Source of the DNA: Terriglobia bacterium
GTDB taxonomy: Bacteria; Acidobacteriota; Terriglobia; JAJPHL01; JAPKYU01
Assembly: GCA_965223005.1 (NCBI GenBank)
Contig: CBDCVK010000010.1
Location: 420,820 to 484,819 of the forward strand
Direction of reading: 5' to 3'
DNA: 64,000 bases
In this document: positions 38,128-46,272 of the stretch, piece by piece
Layout: the number at the start of each line of letters is the position of its first letter
How positions within the stretch are numbered: the stretch's first letter is position 1
The notes under the pieces: generated by a model
Seen by the model: the letters and a program-made list of their open reading frames with translations, nothing else
Told to the model about the DNA's origin: nothing
Databases searched by the model: none
Translations under genes and position numbers: made by a program

Positions 38128-39504
38128 ATGTCGCGATATCGCCCACTGCTCACCGTGCTGGTTGCTTTGGTCTTGGTGGCGCAGGTCCTGGCCGCTCGCA
38201 CGCGCGTCAAACCGGGAATGAATTTCTTCTCCAAGCAACAGGAAATTCAGTTGGGCAAAGAGGCGGCCGCCGACCTGGAGCGCCAACTGTCGCTGGTCCG
38301 GGACCGATCAATGAACACCTACGTCAGCCAACTGGGACGACGCTTGGCCCGCTATTCGCCGGCGCCCAACTATCCCTACACGTTCAAGGTGGTGCGCGAC
38401 AAGCGGATCAATGCGTTCGCGCTGCCGGGCGGTCCGATCTACGTTCATACCGGAACGGTCGCGGCCGCCGAGAACGAGGGGCAACTGGCTGGAGTGATGG
38501 GACACGAGATCGCGCACGTAGCCCTGCGCCACGGAACGAACAACGCCTCCAAGGCGATGCTGGCGCAGATGCCGCTGGCAATCCTGGGAGGAGTGATCGG
38601 CTCTGGGTCCCTCGTGGGACAGCTCGCAAGGTTCGGCATCGGCTTCGGCGCCAACTCTGTTCTGCTGAAATTTTCCCGGAATGCGGAGCGCCAGGCCGAC
38701 ATCATCGGCACACAGATGCTTTTTGACGCGGGGTATGACCCGCAGGAGATGGCCCGCTTCTTCCAGAAATTGCAAGGCGAGAAGCGTGGCGGCTCGATCG
38801 AATTTCTCTCCAGCCACCCCAACCCGGGCAACCGGGTCGAGGGAGTGCGCAAGGAAATCAGCACGCTTGGGCCGCAGAAATATCAGGTGGCGGAGAATCC
38901 GGACTTCGGACGGGCCCGGTCGCGGGCCGTCCAGCTCAACCGGCAGCCGGCTGCCCGGCGCGAGCGCGACTTTGGCCACGAAGAGCGTGCTGAGCACCAG
39001 CACCCCCGCCTGCCCAGCCGCAATTTCCGCGTCTTTGACGCCGGCTGGTACCGCATCCAATACCCGGACAACTGGGAGGTCCACGGAAGGGGAACTTCGG
39101 CGCAGACTATCGCGCCGCGCGAAGGCATTGTGCGCTCGCGCGAGACCTCGGGAATCGCCTACGGCGCCCTGGTCAGCATCTTTGAACCAGAAACGGACGA
39201 AGATGGGCGCGTCAGCCTCCATCAGGCCAGCTCGCAACTGATCGAGCAGATCCAGCACAGCAACCCGGGGATGCGGGTGATCAGGAGGAGGCAGCGAACT
39301 CGAGTCGGCCGCCAGCGGGCCGTTTCTCTGACGCTGCGGGGGCCCTCGCCGGTGCGCGGCGAAAACGAGCTGGACTGGCTGGTCTCGACGCTCCGCCCAG
39401 ACGGGACGCTCTGGTACATCGTGTTTGTGGCTCCTGAGCAAGACTTCGGCGCTCTTCGTCCCACCTTCGAACAGATGTTGGATTCGGTCCGCTTCCCCCG
39501 CTGA
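38128..39504 (+). CDS. M48-family zinc metallopeptidase with C-terminal extension (BepA/HtpX-like), secreted
   Basis: Signal peptide, then HEIAHVALRHG (HExxH) and NAFALPGG motifs. Confidence 0.8.
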   Translation: MSRYRPLLTVLVALVLVAQVLAARTRVKPGMNFFSKQQEIQLGKEAAADLERQLSLVRDRSMNTYVSQLGRRLARYSPAPNYPYTFKVVRDKRINAFALPGGPIYVHTGTVAAAENEGQLAGVMGHEIAHVALRHGTNNASKAMLAQMPLAILGGVIGSGSLVGQLARFGIGFGANSVLLKFSRNAERQADIIGTQMLFDAGYDPQEMARFFQKLQGEKRGGSIEFLSSHPNPGNRVEGVRKEISTLGPQKYQVAENPDFGRARSRAVQLNRQPAARRERDFGHEERAEHQHPRLPSRNFRVFDAGWYRIQYPDNWEVHGRGTSAQTIAPREGIVRSRETSGIAYGALVSIFEPETDEDGRVSLHQASSQLIEQIQHSNPGMRVIRRRQRTRVGRQRAVSLTLRGPSPVRGENELDWLVSTLRPDGTLWYIVFVAPEQDFGALRPTFEQMLDSVRFPR

Positions 39505-39563
39505 CCTTCAGCAAGCTGCTGAAAACCACAACGTGGGTCTTGCAGCGGCCTACTAATCGAACC

Positions 39564-39599
39564 TCAAAGCAACTTCTGTCAACTCCAAAGCAACTTCTG
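39564..39599 (+). promoter_or_regulatory. two 15-nt direct repeats ((T/C)CAAAGCAACTTCTG) 21 nt apart, upstream of the Spy/CpxP-like gene
   Basis: TCAAAGCAACTTCTG at 39564-39578 and CCAAAGCAACTTCTG at 39585-39599, in a lower-GC 215-nt intergenic region. Confidence 0.45.
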
Positions 39600-39719
39600 C
39601 AAGCAACCGGGGTTTCTGTTTGTGAAGACCATCTTCTTCGGGAACACGCGGGTATGCACCTGGGATGGGATGGCTTCCAACATTTTGTAAAGAAAAATGA
39701 CTTTGAGGGGAGATCGTCA

Positions 39720-40148
39720 ATGAAAACTAGGTTACTTGCCGTAGCGGCAGTGTGCTCGCTCCTGTTTTCGATTCCCATGGTTGCTCAGGACGAGCCCGCA
39801 ACGGATCAAGGGAGACTGCTGGAAGCTGTCCAGCGCATCTTGGAGCTGACGGACTCGCAGGCCCAGGAATTAGCAGATTTGAGGCAGTCGCATCTCGAAC
39901 AAGTACATGCTCTGTGGACGCAAATCCGGGAACTGGAACAGCAGAAGGCCGCACTGCTCAGCTCCGACAACCCGGAGCCCGGCCAGGTCGGAGCCATTGT
40001 GATTCAGCAGTTTGGGTTGAAGCAGCAGGTGCAGGCGGCGAATCAGTCTTATCATGAGGCCGCACTGGCTCTTTTGACGCCGGAACAGCAGGAGAAAGTG
40101 GCCAAATTCAGGAGGCCGTACACCTGGCACGCCAGGGAAGACCGTTAG
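39720..40148 (+). CDS. Spy/CpxP-family periplasmic LTxxQ-motif protein
   Basis: Signal peptide MKTRLLAVAAVCSLLFSIPMVAQ; two LTxxQ motifs (LTDSQAQEL, LTPEQQEKV). SD GAGGGGA upstream. Confidence 0.7.
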   Translation: MKTRLLAVAAVCSLLFSIPMVAQDEPATDQGRLLEAVQRILELTDSQAQELADLRQSHLEQVHALWTQIRELEQQKAALLSSDNPEPGQVGAIVIQQFGLKQQVQAANQSYHEAALALLTPEQQEKVAKFRRPYTWHAREDR

Positions 40149-40374
40149 CCGCATTCGGGCTTATCCACCCGCCCCGCCCGCACCACTCTTTCAGGAGACT
40201 CCTGCGCCAGAGGTTTGGCCGGAGGTTTGGCCAGAGTTCTGCAATGCCGGGAGGGGAAGACCACACGGCGCCCGGGCCGGTTCCGTTCCGGCTATTCCCA
40301 ACAAAGTGAGTCTCTAAAAGCGAGAGACCCGGGCAGGTGACTTTCGGCAATGCGCCTACCTCCGGACTCCAGTT

Positions 40375-42093
40375 TCATTTTTGGATAAGGAAATTGCCGA
40401 TGGCCAGCGCGTCCACCCCGCTGGAGTAAAACACGCGCAGGGCTTCGCTGGGAGTTGCGGCCAGGGGAGCCCCCGGTTCATTGAACGACGTATTGATCAG
40501 CACGGGATGGCCGGTCAGTTCGCCCACCCGCGTCAGCAGCTCGTGGTAGTGCTTGTTGCCCGCACGCGGTACGACGTGGATGCGCGCCCGATCGCCGGCA
40601 AACGCCAGCCCGGGAACACTGGCCGCATCCTTGACCCGCGCCACGGAAGCCAGGTAAGCGGCTGGCGCAGGCCAGCGATAGTCAAAGTAGCGCGCGGCGG
40701 CCTCTTCGGTCACCGAAGCTGCAAGCGGCCTGAACGGCTCGCGGCGCTTGGTGTAGGCGTTCAGGTTCTCCTTCACCCAATGATCCCGCGGGGCTGCCAG
40801 AACACTGCGGTGCCCCAGGGCCCGCGGCCCGAATTCGGCGGCCCCTTGAAACCAGCCCACAAACGAACCACCCGCAAGCAACTCGGCTACGGCGCCCACT
40901 AGTTGTGGCATGGCCTGATGGCGATAGCGCAGTCGGCAGTTATCTAGGATGTCTTTAATCTCCTGCCCGGAGAAAGCGGGACCCAGGCTGGCTGACAGCA
41001 TGCAGCGCCGTAGGGAAACGCCGGCGGCCTGGGTGACGGCCATGGCCCCGCCAATGGCGCACCCCGCGTTGCCGGCGGCTGGTGGAACAAAACCGTCGCG
41101 GAAGCCAGTCCGTGTGGCCAGCGCGTCGGCCAGCAGGACGTTGAAGGCGACGCCGCCGCCAAGACACAGCGTTTCGGCGCCCGTGCGCTGGCGCCAGTGC
41201 TCGGCCAGCTCCACCAGCGCCGCTTCGACTTCCGATTGCAGGCTGGCGGCCAGATTAGCCCGCCAGCTTTGCGGCATCGCGGCGGCGGCGGTGACCGGAC
41301 TTCTGGGTCGGCCCTTGGAGCGTGGTTGCAGTCCAATCGCCGAGAGGAACTTTTCCGAAAGCCGGACACGTCCGGAAGCGCTGGAGCTAAAGCAGTCGGC
41401 CTTCAGGCGCAGCTCGCCACGATGAAACGGCGCCAAGATGCGGCGAAAGACATCACCGAACTCAGGCTCCCCGGTGGTGCTCAGCCACACGGTGCGGTGG
41501 ACATCGTCCGCCGGGTCCCAACCCAGCAACGCTGTGATTTCGCTGTAGAGCAATCCCAGCGAGTGGGGGAAGGTCCCGTCGGCCAGCGGCCGGATGCCAT
41601 CGCCCTCGGCCAGTGCCACCTGGGCTGCCCGCATCGCCGAACCGCCGTCCAGGGTCAGCACCAGAGCGCGGTCGAACGTGCTGGGATAGTAAGCGTAGGC
41701 GGCGTGAGCGTAGTGGTGATCTACGGCTGTGAAGCGAGCCTTCGGGAACAATTCTCGCAGGGTGCGCAGGTCGCGCAACTCCAGCCGCGCCCGGTTCAGT
41801 CCAGCGATGCCGTGCAGGACCGAGGCCAGCGGGGCAATGGGAAACTTCCTGCCGCGAAAGACAAGTTCGCGCCCTAGCAACCGCAGCGGTTGCAGGTCCA
41901 CCGCGACAGCCTCCACATCGTCGGCCGTCGCTCCGGCTTTGTTCAGGCAGAAAGCAATGGCCTTGTTCGGCACGCCATGGGGACTGCGCCGCCCGATCAG
42001 CTTGGCTTCCTCGCAGGCCGCCAGAATCTCTCCGTCTCGCAACAGAGCCGCCGTGGCTTGGTGGGACAAGCCAGAGATTCCCAACACGAGCAT
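40375..42093 (-). CDS. carbamoyltransferase (NodU/CmcH family)
   Basis: N-terminal Kae1/ASKHA-like domain (MLVLGISGLSHQATAALL) and a C-terminal carbamoyltransferase domain. 572 aa. Confidence 0.8.
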   Translation of the reverse strand: MLVLGISGLSHQATAALLRDGEILAACEEAKLIGRRSPHGVPNKAIAFCLNKAGATADDVEAVAVDLQPLRLLGRELVFRGRKFPIAPLASVLHGIAGLNRARLELRDLRTLRELFPKARFTAVDHHYAHAAYAYYPSTFDRALVLTLDGGSAMRAAQVALAEGDGIRPLADGTFPHSLGLLYSEITALLGWDPADDVHRTVWLSTTGEPEFGDVFRRILAPFHRGELRLKADCFSSSASGRVRLSEKFLSAIGLQPRSKGRPRSPVTAAAAMPQSWRANLAASLQSEVEAALVELAEHWRQRTGAETLCLGGGVAFNVLLADALATRTGFRDGFVPPAAGNAGCAIGGAMAVTQAAGVSLRRCMLSASLGPAFSGQEIKDILDNCRLRYRHQAMPQLVGAVAELLAGGSFVGWFQGAAEFGPRALGHRSVLAAPRDHWVKENLNAYTKRREPFRPLAASVTEEAAARYFDYRWPAPAAYLASVARVKDAASVPGLAFAGDRARIHVVPRAGNKHYHELLTRVGELTGHPVLINTSFNEPGAPLAATPSEALRVFYSSGVDALAIGNFLIQK

Positions 42094-42203
42094 AGAGCTT
42101 AAGTGTATCAGGTGTCAGGGGCGCGGTTTCGGAGGCAAGCAGTAGGCAGCAGAAAATAGGTTGGTCTGCCTTCGGCCCGGCGCGTTCTGTTATTCTTCCT
42201 TGC

Positions 42204-42749
42204 ATGCACAGGCGCAAGCCCATCCGGCAAGCAAAGGTCCAGCGCTCTGAAGTGGTCTTCCGGGGCCGCGTGTTCTCTGTGACCCGGGATACGGCGGTGG
42301 AGCCGGGCGGCAAGAAAGTCGTGCGGGAAATTGTGCGCCACTCCGGCTCGGCAGTGATTCTCCCGCACCACAGCGATGGTCGCCTGCTCCTGGTTCGGCA
42401 GTTCCGACTGGCTCCGCGACGGTTCCTGTGGGAGCTGGCGGCCGGGCGCATCGACGGCGGGGAAAGTCCGCTTCAGGCTGGACGGCGCGAGCTACTGGAG
42501 GAAACTGGCTTCCGGGCCGCCCGCTGGAAGCTGCTGGCCGAGGTCTTTCCCAGCCCGGGTTTCGTGGACGAGAAAATGTGGCTGTTCCTGGCCGAAGGGC
42601 TGCGCCAGGGGCGTGCCCGCCCGGAACCCGATGAGCTGATCCGCAAGCGATGGTTTTCCCTTCCTCAGTTGGGAGAGTTGATCCGGCGCGGCAAGATCCA
42701 GGACGGGAAAACTCTGCTGGGATATTTCTTACTGCGGAATCAAGGCTAG
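42204..42749 (+). CDS. NUDIX hydrolase (ADP-ribose pyrophosphatase-like)
   Basis: Nudix box GRIDGGESPLQAGRRELLEETGF. Confidence 0.8.
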   Translation: MHRRKPIRQAKVQRSEVVFRGRVFSVTRDTAVEPGGKKVVREIVRHSGSAVILPHHSDGRLLLVRQFRLAPRRFLWELAAGRIDGGESPLQAGRRELLEETGFRAARWKLLAEVFPSPGFVDEKMWLFLAEGLRQGRARPEPDELIRKRWFSLPQLGELIRRGKIQDGKTLLGYFLLRNQG

Positions 42750-42885
42750 CGAAATACGCTCAAGACTCACGGGTTTCCTCAGAAAGCCCATCCAACGCGC
42801 GTTTCGGCCATGGCCTGAGTCGAATGGAAGGGCTGACGGGGAGCGATCCGCCATTTTTCCCAGCCTCCCAGTGCGGAGGCCTCTC

Positions 42886-44094
42886 TCATTGTGTTTGCTT
42901 GACGGCCAGCACGGCATTGAGGCCTCCAAACGCGAAGGAGTTGGAAACGGCGGCCCGCACCAGCTGCTGGCGGGGCGTACCGGGCACGTAGTCCAGGTCG
43001 CATTCCGGGTCGGGCTTGGTGTAGTTGGCGGTGGGAGGGACGACACCGCAGTCCACCGCAAGCGCCGTGGCGATGAGTTCCAGCGCGCCGCTGGCCCCCA
43101 TGGCGTGCCCGTGCATGGACTTGGTCGAGGAGATAGCCAGGGCGCGCGCATGCGGGCCGAATGCCTGCTTCAGGATCTGTGTTTCCCTGGGATCATTCAA
43201 GCGCGTCCCGGTGCCGTGGGCGTTCACGTAATCCACCGCTTCGGGCGCCAGCGCCGCCTGAGCCAGTGCGGTGCGTAGGGCGGCCACCGGACCCTCCAAT
43301 CCCGGCTGCGTGATGTGACCGGCATCCGCGGTAGCTCCGTAGCCGGCCAGTTCCGCGTAAATGCGCGCGCCGCGCCGACGGGCGTGCTCCCACTCTTCCA
43401 GCACCAACACACCCGACCCTTCGCCCAAGACCATCCCCTGGCGGTCGGCACTAAACGGCCGGCACACCGGGGCCATCACGCGCATCGCTTCCCAGCACTT
43501 CATCACGCCGTAGCAGATGGGCGCGTCACTGCCGCCTGCCAGCATCCACTCGGCGCGCCCGGTCCGGATCATTTCAGCGGCCTCGCCCAGCGCGTGGGTG
43601 GCCGAAGCACAGGCGGTGGAGAAGGCCAAGACCGGCCCCGTCAAGCCAAATTCCATACTGAGTTGCGACGCGGCGGCGCCGTACATCAGGCGCGGAATGG
43701 TAAACGGGTGCAGGCGCTGGGCGTTGCGGCCATACAGTTCGTAATAGCGTTCGTCCTGGGTGAGTGCGCCACCGCTGCCAGTTCCCAAGGCGACCCCGGC
43801 GCGCCCATGATTGCTCTGGCTCGGCTCCAGGCCGGCGTCGTGCAAAGCTTCTGAAGCCGCCAGCAGAGCAAACTGTGCGAACCGGTCCAGCAGGTCCAGC
43901 TTTTTCGGGGGAAAGTGGCTTGCCGGATCGTAGTTGGGAACTTCCGCGGCCACCGGTACCACCAGCCGCGACGGATCGAACAGGCTGATGCGCCGCTCGG
44001 CGCTGCGGCCAGCCAGCAACCCCTGCCAAAATGCCGGCACGCCGCAACCCAGCGCCGAGACGCAACCCATCCCGGTAATCGCCACGCGGTTCAT
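42886..44094 (-). CDS. beta-ketoacyl-[ACP] synthase I/II
   Basis: Active-site Cys in FSTACASATHA and the His pair (NAHGTGT, HGHAMGASG). The ATG at 44094 gives the canonical MNRVAITGMG start; the track TTG at 44106 is over-extended. Confidence 0.85.
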   Translation of the reverse strand: MNRVAITGMGCVSALGCGVPAFWQGLLAGRSAERRISLFDPSRLVVPVAAEVPNYDPASHFPPKKLDLLDRFAQFALLAASEALHDAGLEPSQSNHGRAGVALGTGSGGALTQDERYYELYGRNAQRLHPFTIPRLMYGAAASQLSMEFGLTGPVLAFSTACASATHALGEAAEMIRTGRAEWMLAGGSDAPICYGVMKCWEAMRVMAPVCRPFSADRQGMVLGEGSGVLVLEEWEHARRRGARIYAELAGYGATADAGHITQPGLEGPVAALRTALAQAALAPEAVDYVNAHGTGTRLNDPRETQILKQAFGPHARALAISSTKSMHGHAMGASGALELIATALAVDCGVVPPTANYTKPDPECDLDYVPGTPRQQLVRAAVSNSFAFGGLNAVLAVKQTQ

Positions 44095-44099
44095 TTCAA

Positions 44100-44190
44100 A
44101 ATCCAACGTTCCAAACCAAGGTCCAAGGTCAGGAACCCGGCTCGGAGCTTTCGACTTCAGGCTTTGGACTCTGGACCCCGGACCTGGCCT
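44100..44190. repeat. TTGGAC/GTCCAA-rich imperfect inverted repeat (dispersed element copy), overlapping the ACP 3' end
   Basis: TCCAACGTTCCAAACCAAGGTCCAAGGTCAGG ... GGCTTTGGACTCTGGACCCCGGACCTGG. Its right half encodes the atypical C-terminal tail of the ACP. Confidence 0.55.
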
Positions 44191-44440
44191 TCAGGACCTG
44201 CTGCAAGCCAGCCACCACCTGGCGCACGTCCTTCATCTGCTGCGCTACATGCTCCGGGATGGTGATATTAAACTCTTCCTCGAAAACGAACAACAGGCTG
44301 ACCCCGTCCAGCGAATCAATACCCAGCTCTTCGAAGGTGGACTCCGGCGTCACGCGACCGGCGGGCAGCTTCTGTTGCGTGGTGATGATCGAGACCACCC
44401 GCGCGGTGAGTTCGGCTTCGCTGATCTCTAGGTGGCTCAT
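44129..44440 (-). CDS. acyl carrier protein with C-terminal extension
   Basis: The phosphopantetheine-site motif GIDSLD. 103 aa (about 25 aa longer than a typical ACP; the tail is encoded by the repeat element). Confidence 0.75.
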   Translation of the reverse strand: MSHLEISEAELTARVVSIITTQQKLPAGRVTPESTFEELGIDSLDGVSLLFVFEEEFNITIPEHVAQQMKDVRQVVAGLQQVLKARSGVQSPKPEVESSEPGS

Positions 44441-44565
44441 GAAAGCAATTCCGTGAGGCCTTCGGCAGCCACGTAAAGGATCGTCGCGCTGATCCCTGCC
44501 GCCACTCCGGCCAGTTCCCCAGCCATGGGCGCTATTCTAGTGCGGTTCCAACCGAAACGGTCCAT
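44437..44565 (-). CDS. 42-codon micro-ORF translationally coupled to the ACP gene (putative small membrane protein)
   Basis: MDRFGWNRTRIAPMAGELAGVAAGISATILYVAAEGLTELLS. Its stop TGA overlaps the ACP ATG (ATGA). AGGT-type SD 9 nt upstream. One hydrophobic helix. Confidence 0.3.
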   Translation of the reverse strand: MDRFGWNRTRIAPMAGELAGVAAGISATILYVAAEGLTELLS

Positions 44566-44582
44566 GTATTCTACCTAACCGG

Positions 44583-44616
44583 GAGCTTGGACTTTGGACA
44601 TTGGAGCTTGGACTGG
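44583..44616. repeat. direct repeat GAGCTTGGACT x2 (same motif family) in the tgt 5' region
   Basis: GAGCTTGGACTTTGGACATTGGAGCTTGGACTGG. Confidence 0.5.
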
Positions 44617-44690
44617 ATAGGATGAACACCGACGCGCAGTCCGGAAACCCGCGTCCCGGTGATGCGCGGCCCGGCGCTGCGCTGCAACAA

Positions 44691-45803
44691 ATGTTCCGCT
44701 TCGAGATCGTGGCTACCGATCCGCACACGCGCGCCCGTGCCGGACGCTTGCACACGCCCCACGGAACGGTCGAGACGCCGGTCTTCATGCCGGTAGGAAC
44801 GCTGGGTACCGTCAAAGGCCTGACGCAGGAGGTGTTGGAGGAACTGGGAGCCGAGATTCTGCTGTGCAATACCTACCACCTCTACCTGCGGCCGGGCCAC
44901 GACCGAATTCACAGCCTGGGCGGCCTGCACAGGTTCATGTCCTGGTCCCGTCCGATCGTCACTGACAGCGGGGGCTTCCAGGTGTTTTCGATGGCGGCCC
45001 TGCGCCGGCTCAGCGAGCAGGGGGTGACCTTCCGCTCGCACCTGGACGGCTCCGAACACTTCTTCTCGCCCGAATTTGCGCTGGAAGTTCAGAACGCTCT
45101 GGGAAGCGACATCGTTATGCCGCTAGACGACTGCACCGAGTTCCCGGTGAGTCACGAGCTGGCGCGCAAATCCATGGAGATGACCCTGCGTTGGGCCGAG
45201 CGAAGTCGCAACCGCTGGCGGGAGCGTCCTGGGCCGGCAACCCTGTTCGGCATCATCCAAGGCAGCGTCTACCCAGACCTGCGCCGGGAATCGGCCGAGC
45301 GCACCGTAGAACTGGGCTTGGCCGGCTACGCCATCGGGGGGTTGTCGGTGGGCGAACCGCGCTCGCTCACTTTTGAGATGCTCGACGCTGCAGAGCCCTT
45401 GTTACCCCGCCACCAGCCCCGGTACATGATGGGAGCGGGCTCGCCGGAAGAACTGGCCGAGTACGTGGCTCTCGGGGTGGACATGATGGACTGCGTGCTT
45501 CCCACCCGCAACGCCCGAAACGGGTTGCTGTTCACCTCGCAAGGACGCCTGATCATCCGCCATGCCTGCTACGCTGAGGACCCCAAACCGCCCGACGAAC
45601 GGTGCGGCTGCCCCGTGTGCCGTCGCTATTCGCGCGCCTACTTGCGGCACCTGTTTCTGTCGGGTGAAATTCTTTCCAGCGTGTTGAATACAATCCACAA
45701 CTTGTACTTTTACCTTGACAGGATGCGCCAGATCCGGCACGCTATTTTGCTTGGAGGCTTTTCGGAATTCCTTGCAGTTGCGCGCTCACAATCGGAAGCT
45801 TAA
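44691..45803 (+). CDS. tgt: queuine tRNA-ribosyltransferase
   Basis: MFRFEIVATD...ARAGRLHTPHGTVETPVFMPVGT and a C-terminal zinc-site CxCxxC...H. Start chosen so the length (370 aa) matches Tgt; the track start at 44601 (TTG) lies within the repeat. Confidence 0.8.
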   Translation: MFRFEIVATDPHTRARAGRLHTPHGTVETPVFMPVGTLGTVKGLTQEVLEELGAEILLCNTYHLYLRPGHDRIHSLGGLHRFMSWSRPIVTDSGGFQVFSMAALRRLSEQGVTFRSHLDGSEHFFSPEFALEVQNALGSDIVMPLDDCTEFPVSHELARKSMEMTLRWAERSRNRWRERPGPATLFGIIQGSVYPDLRRESAERTVELGLAGYAIGGLSVGEPRSLTFEMLDAAEPLLPRHQPRYMMGAGSPEELAEYVALGVDMMDCVLPTRNARNGLLFTSQGRLIIRHACYAEDPKPPDERCGCPVCRRYSRAYLRHLFLSGEILSSVLNTIHNLYFYLDRMRQIRHAILLGGFSEFLAVARSQSEA

Positions 45804-45917
45804 GGTCTAGTTTCCCATCGCGGGCCGTGCGGGCTTGCCGGCAGACCAGTTGCAGACTTCCGTTAGGATCTGGCCCGCGTCCTGGCGGGAAGAGTCAAGC
45901 TCCACCTGAAATCTGGA

Positions 45918-46262
45918 ATGGATCGGGGACAAACAGGGTTGTTTGCGGGATTGACATTCTGGCTTCAAACAGGCGGGTTGGACCAAATCCTCCGCGCGAT
46001 GTTCCCTTTCTTCCTCATCTTTGGGATCTTTTATGTGCTGTTGTTTCTTCCCCAGCAGCGCCGCCAAAAGCAGCAAAGGGAGATGCTGGCGAATCTGAAG
46101 AACGGCGACCGCGTGATCACCACCGGCGGCATCCGCGGCACCATCGTGGGCCTCAAGGAAGATTGCATCCACCTCCGCGTGCCACCTCAGGACATCCGCC
46201 TGGAGGTCTCACGGGCCGCCGTGGCTGGCCTGGTGAGCGTCGAAGAGAAGAAATCCGGGTAG
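45918..46262 (+). CDS. yajC: preprotein translocase subunit YajC
   Basis: A single TM helix FLIFGIFYVLLFLPQQRRQK followed by GDRVITTGGIRGTIV. Confidence 0.8.
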   Translation: MDRGQTGLFAGLTFWLQTGGLDQILRAMFPFFLIFGIFYVLLFLPQQRRQKQQREMLANLKNGDRVITTGGIRGTIVGLKEDCIHLRVPPQDIRLEVSRAAVAGLVSVEEKKSG

Positions 46263-46272
46263 GTCTCGGCCA

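Noticed and set aside
38308-39441. 377-aa minus-strand ORF opposite the M48 peptidase gene
   Set aside because: Antisense artefact; the plus-strand gene has clear HExxH and signal-peptide features.
41462-42451. 329-aa minus-strand ORF spanning the carbamoyltransferase and NUDIX genes
   Set aside because: Out-of-frame overlap with two well-supported genes on both strands; no domain signal.
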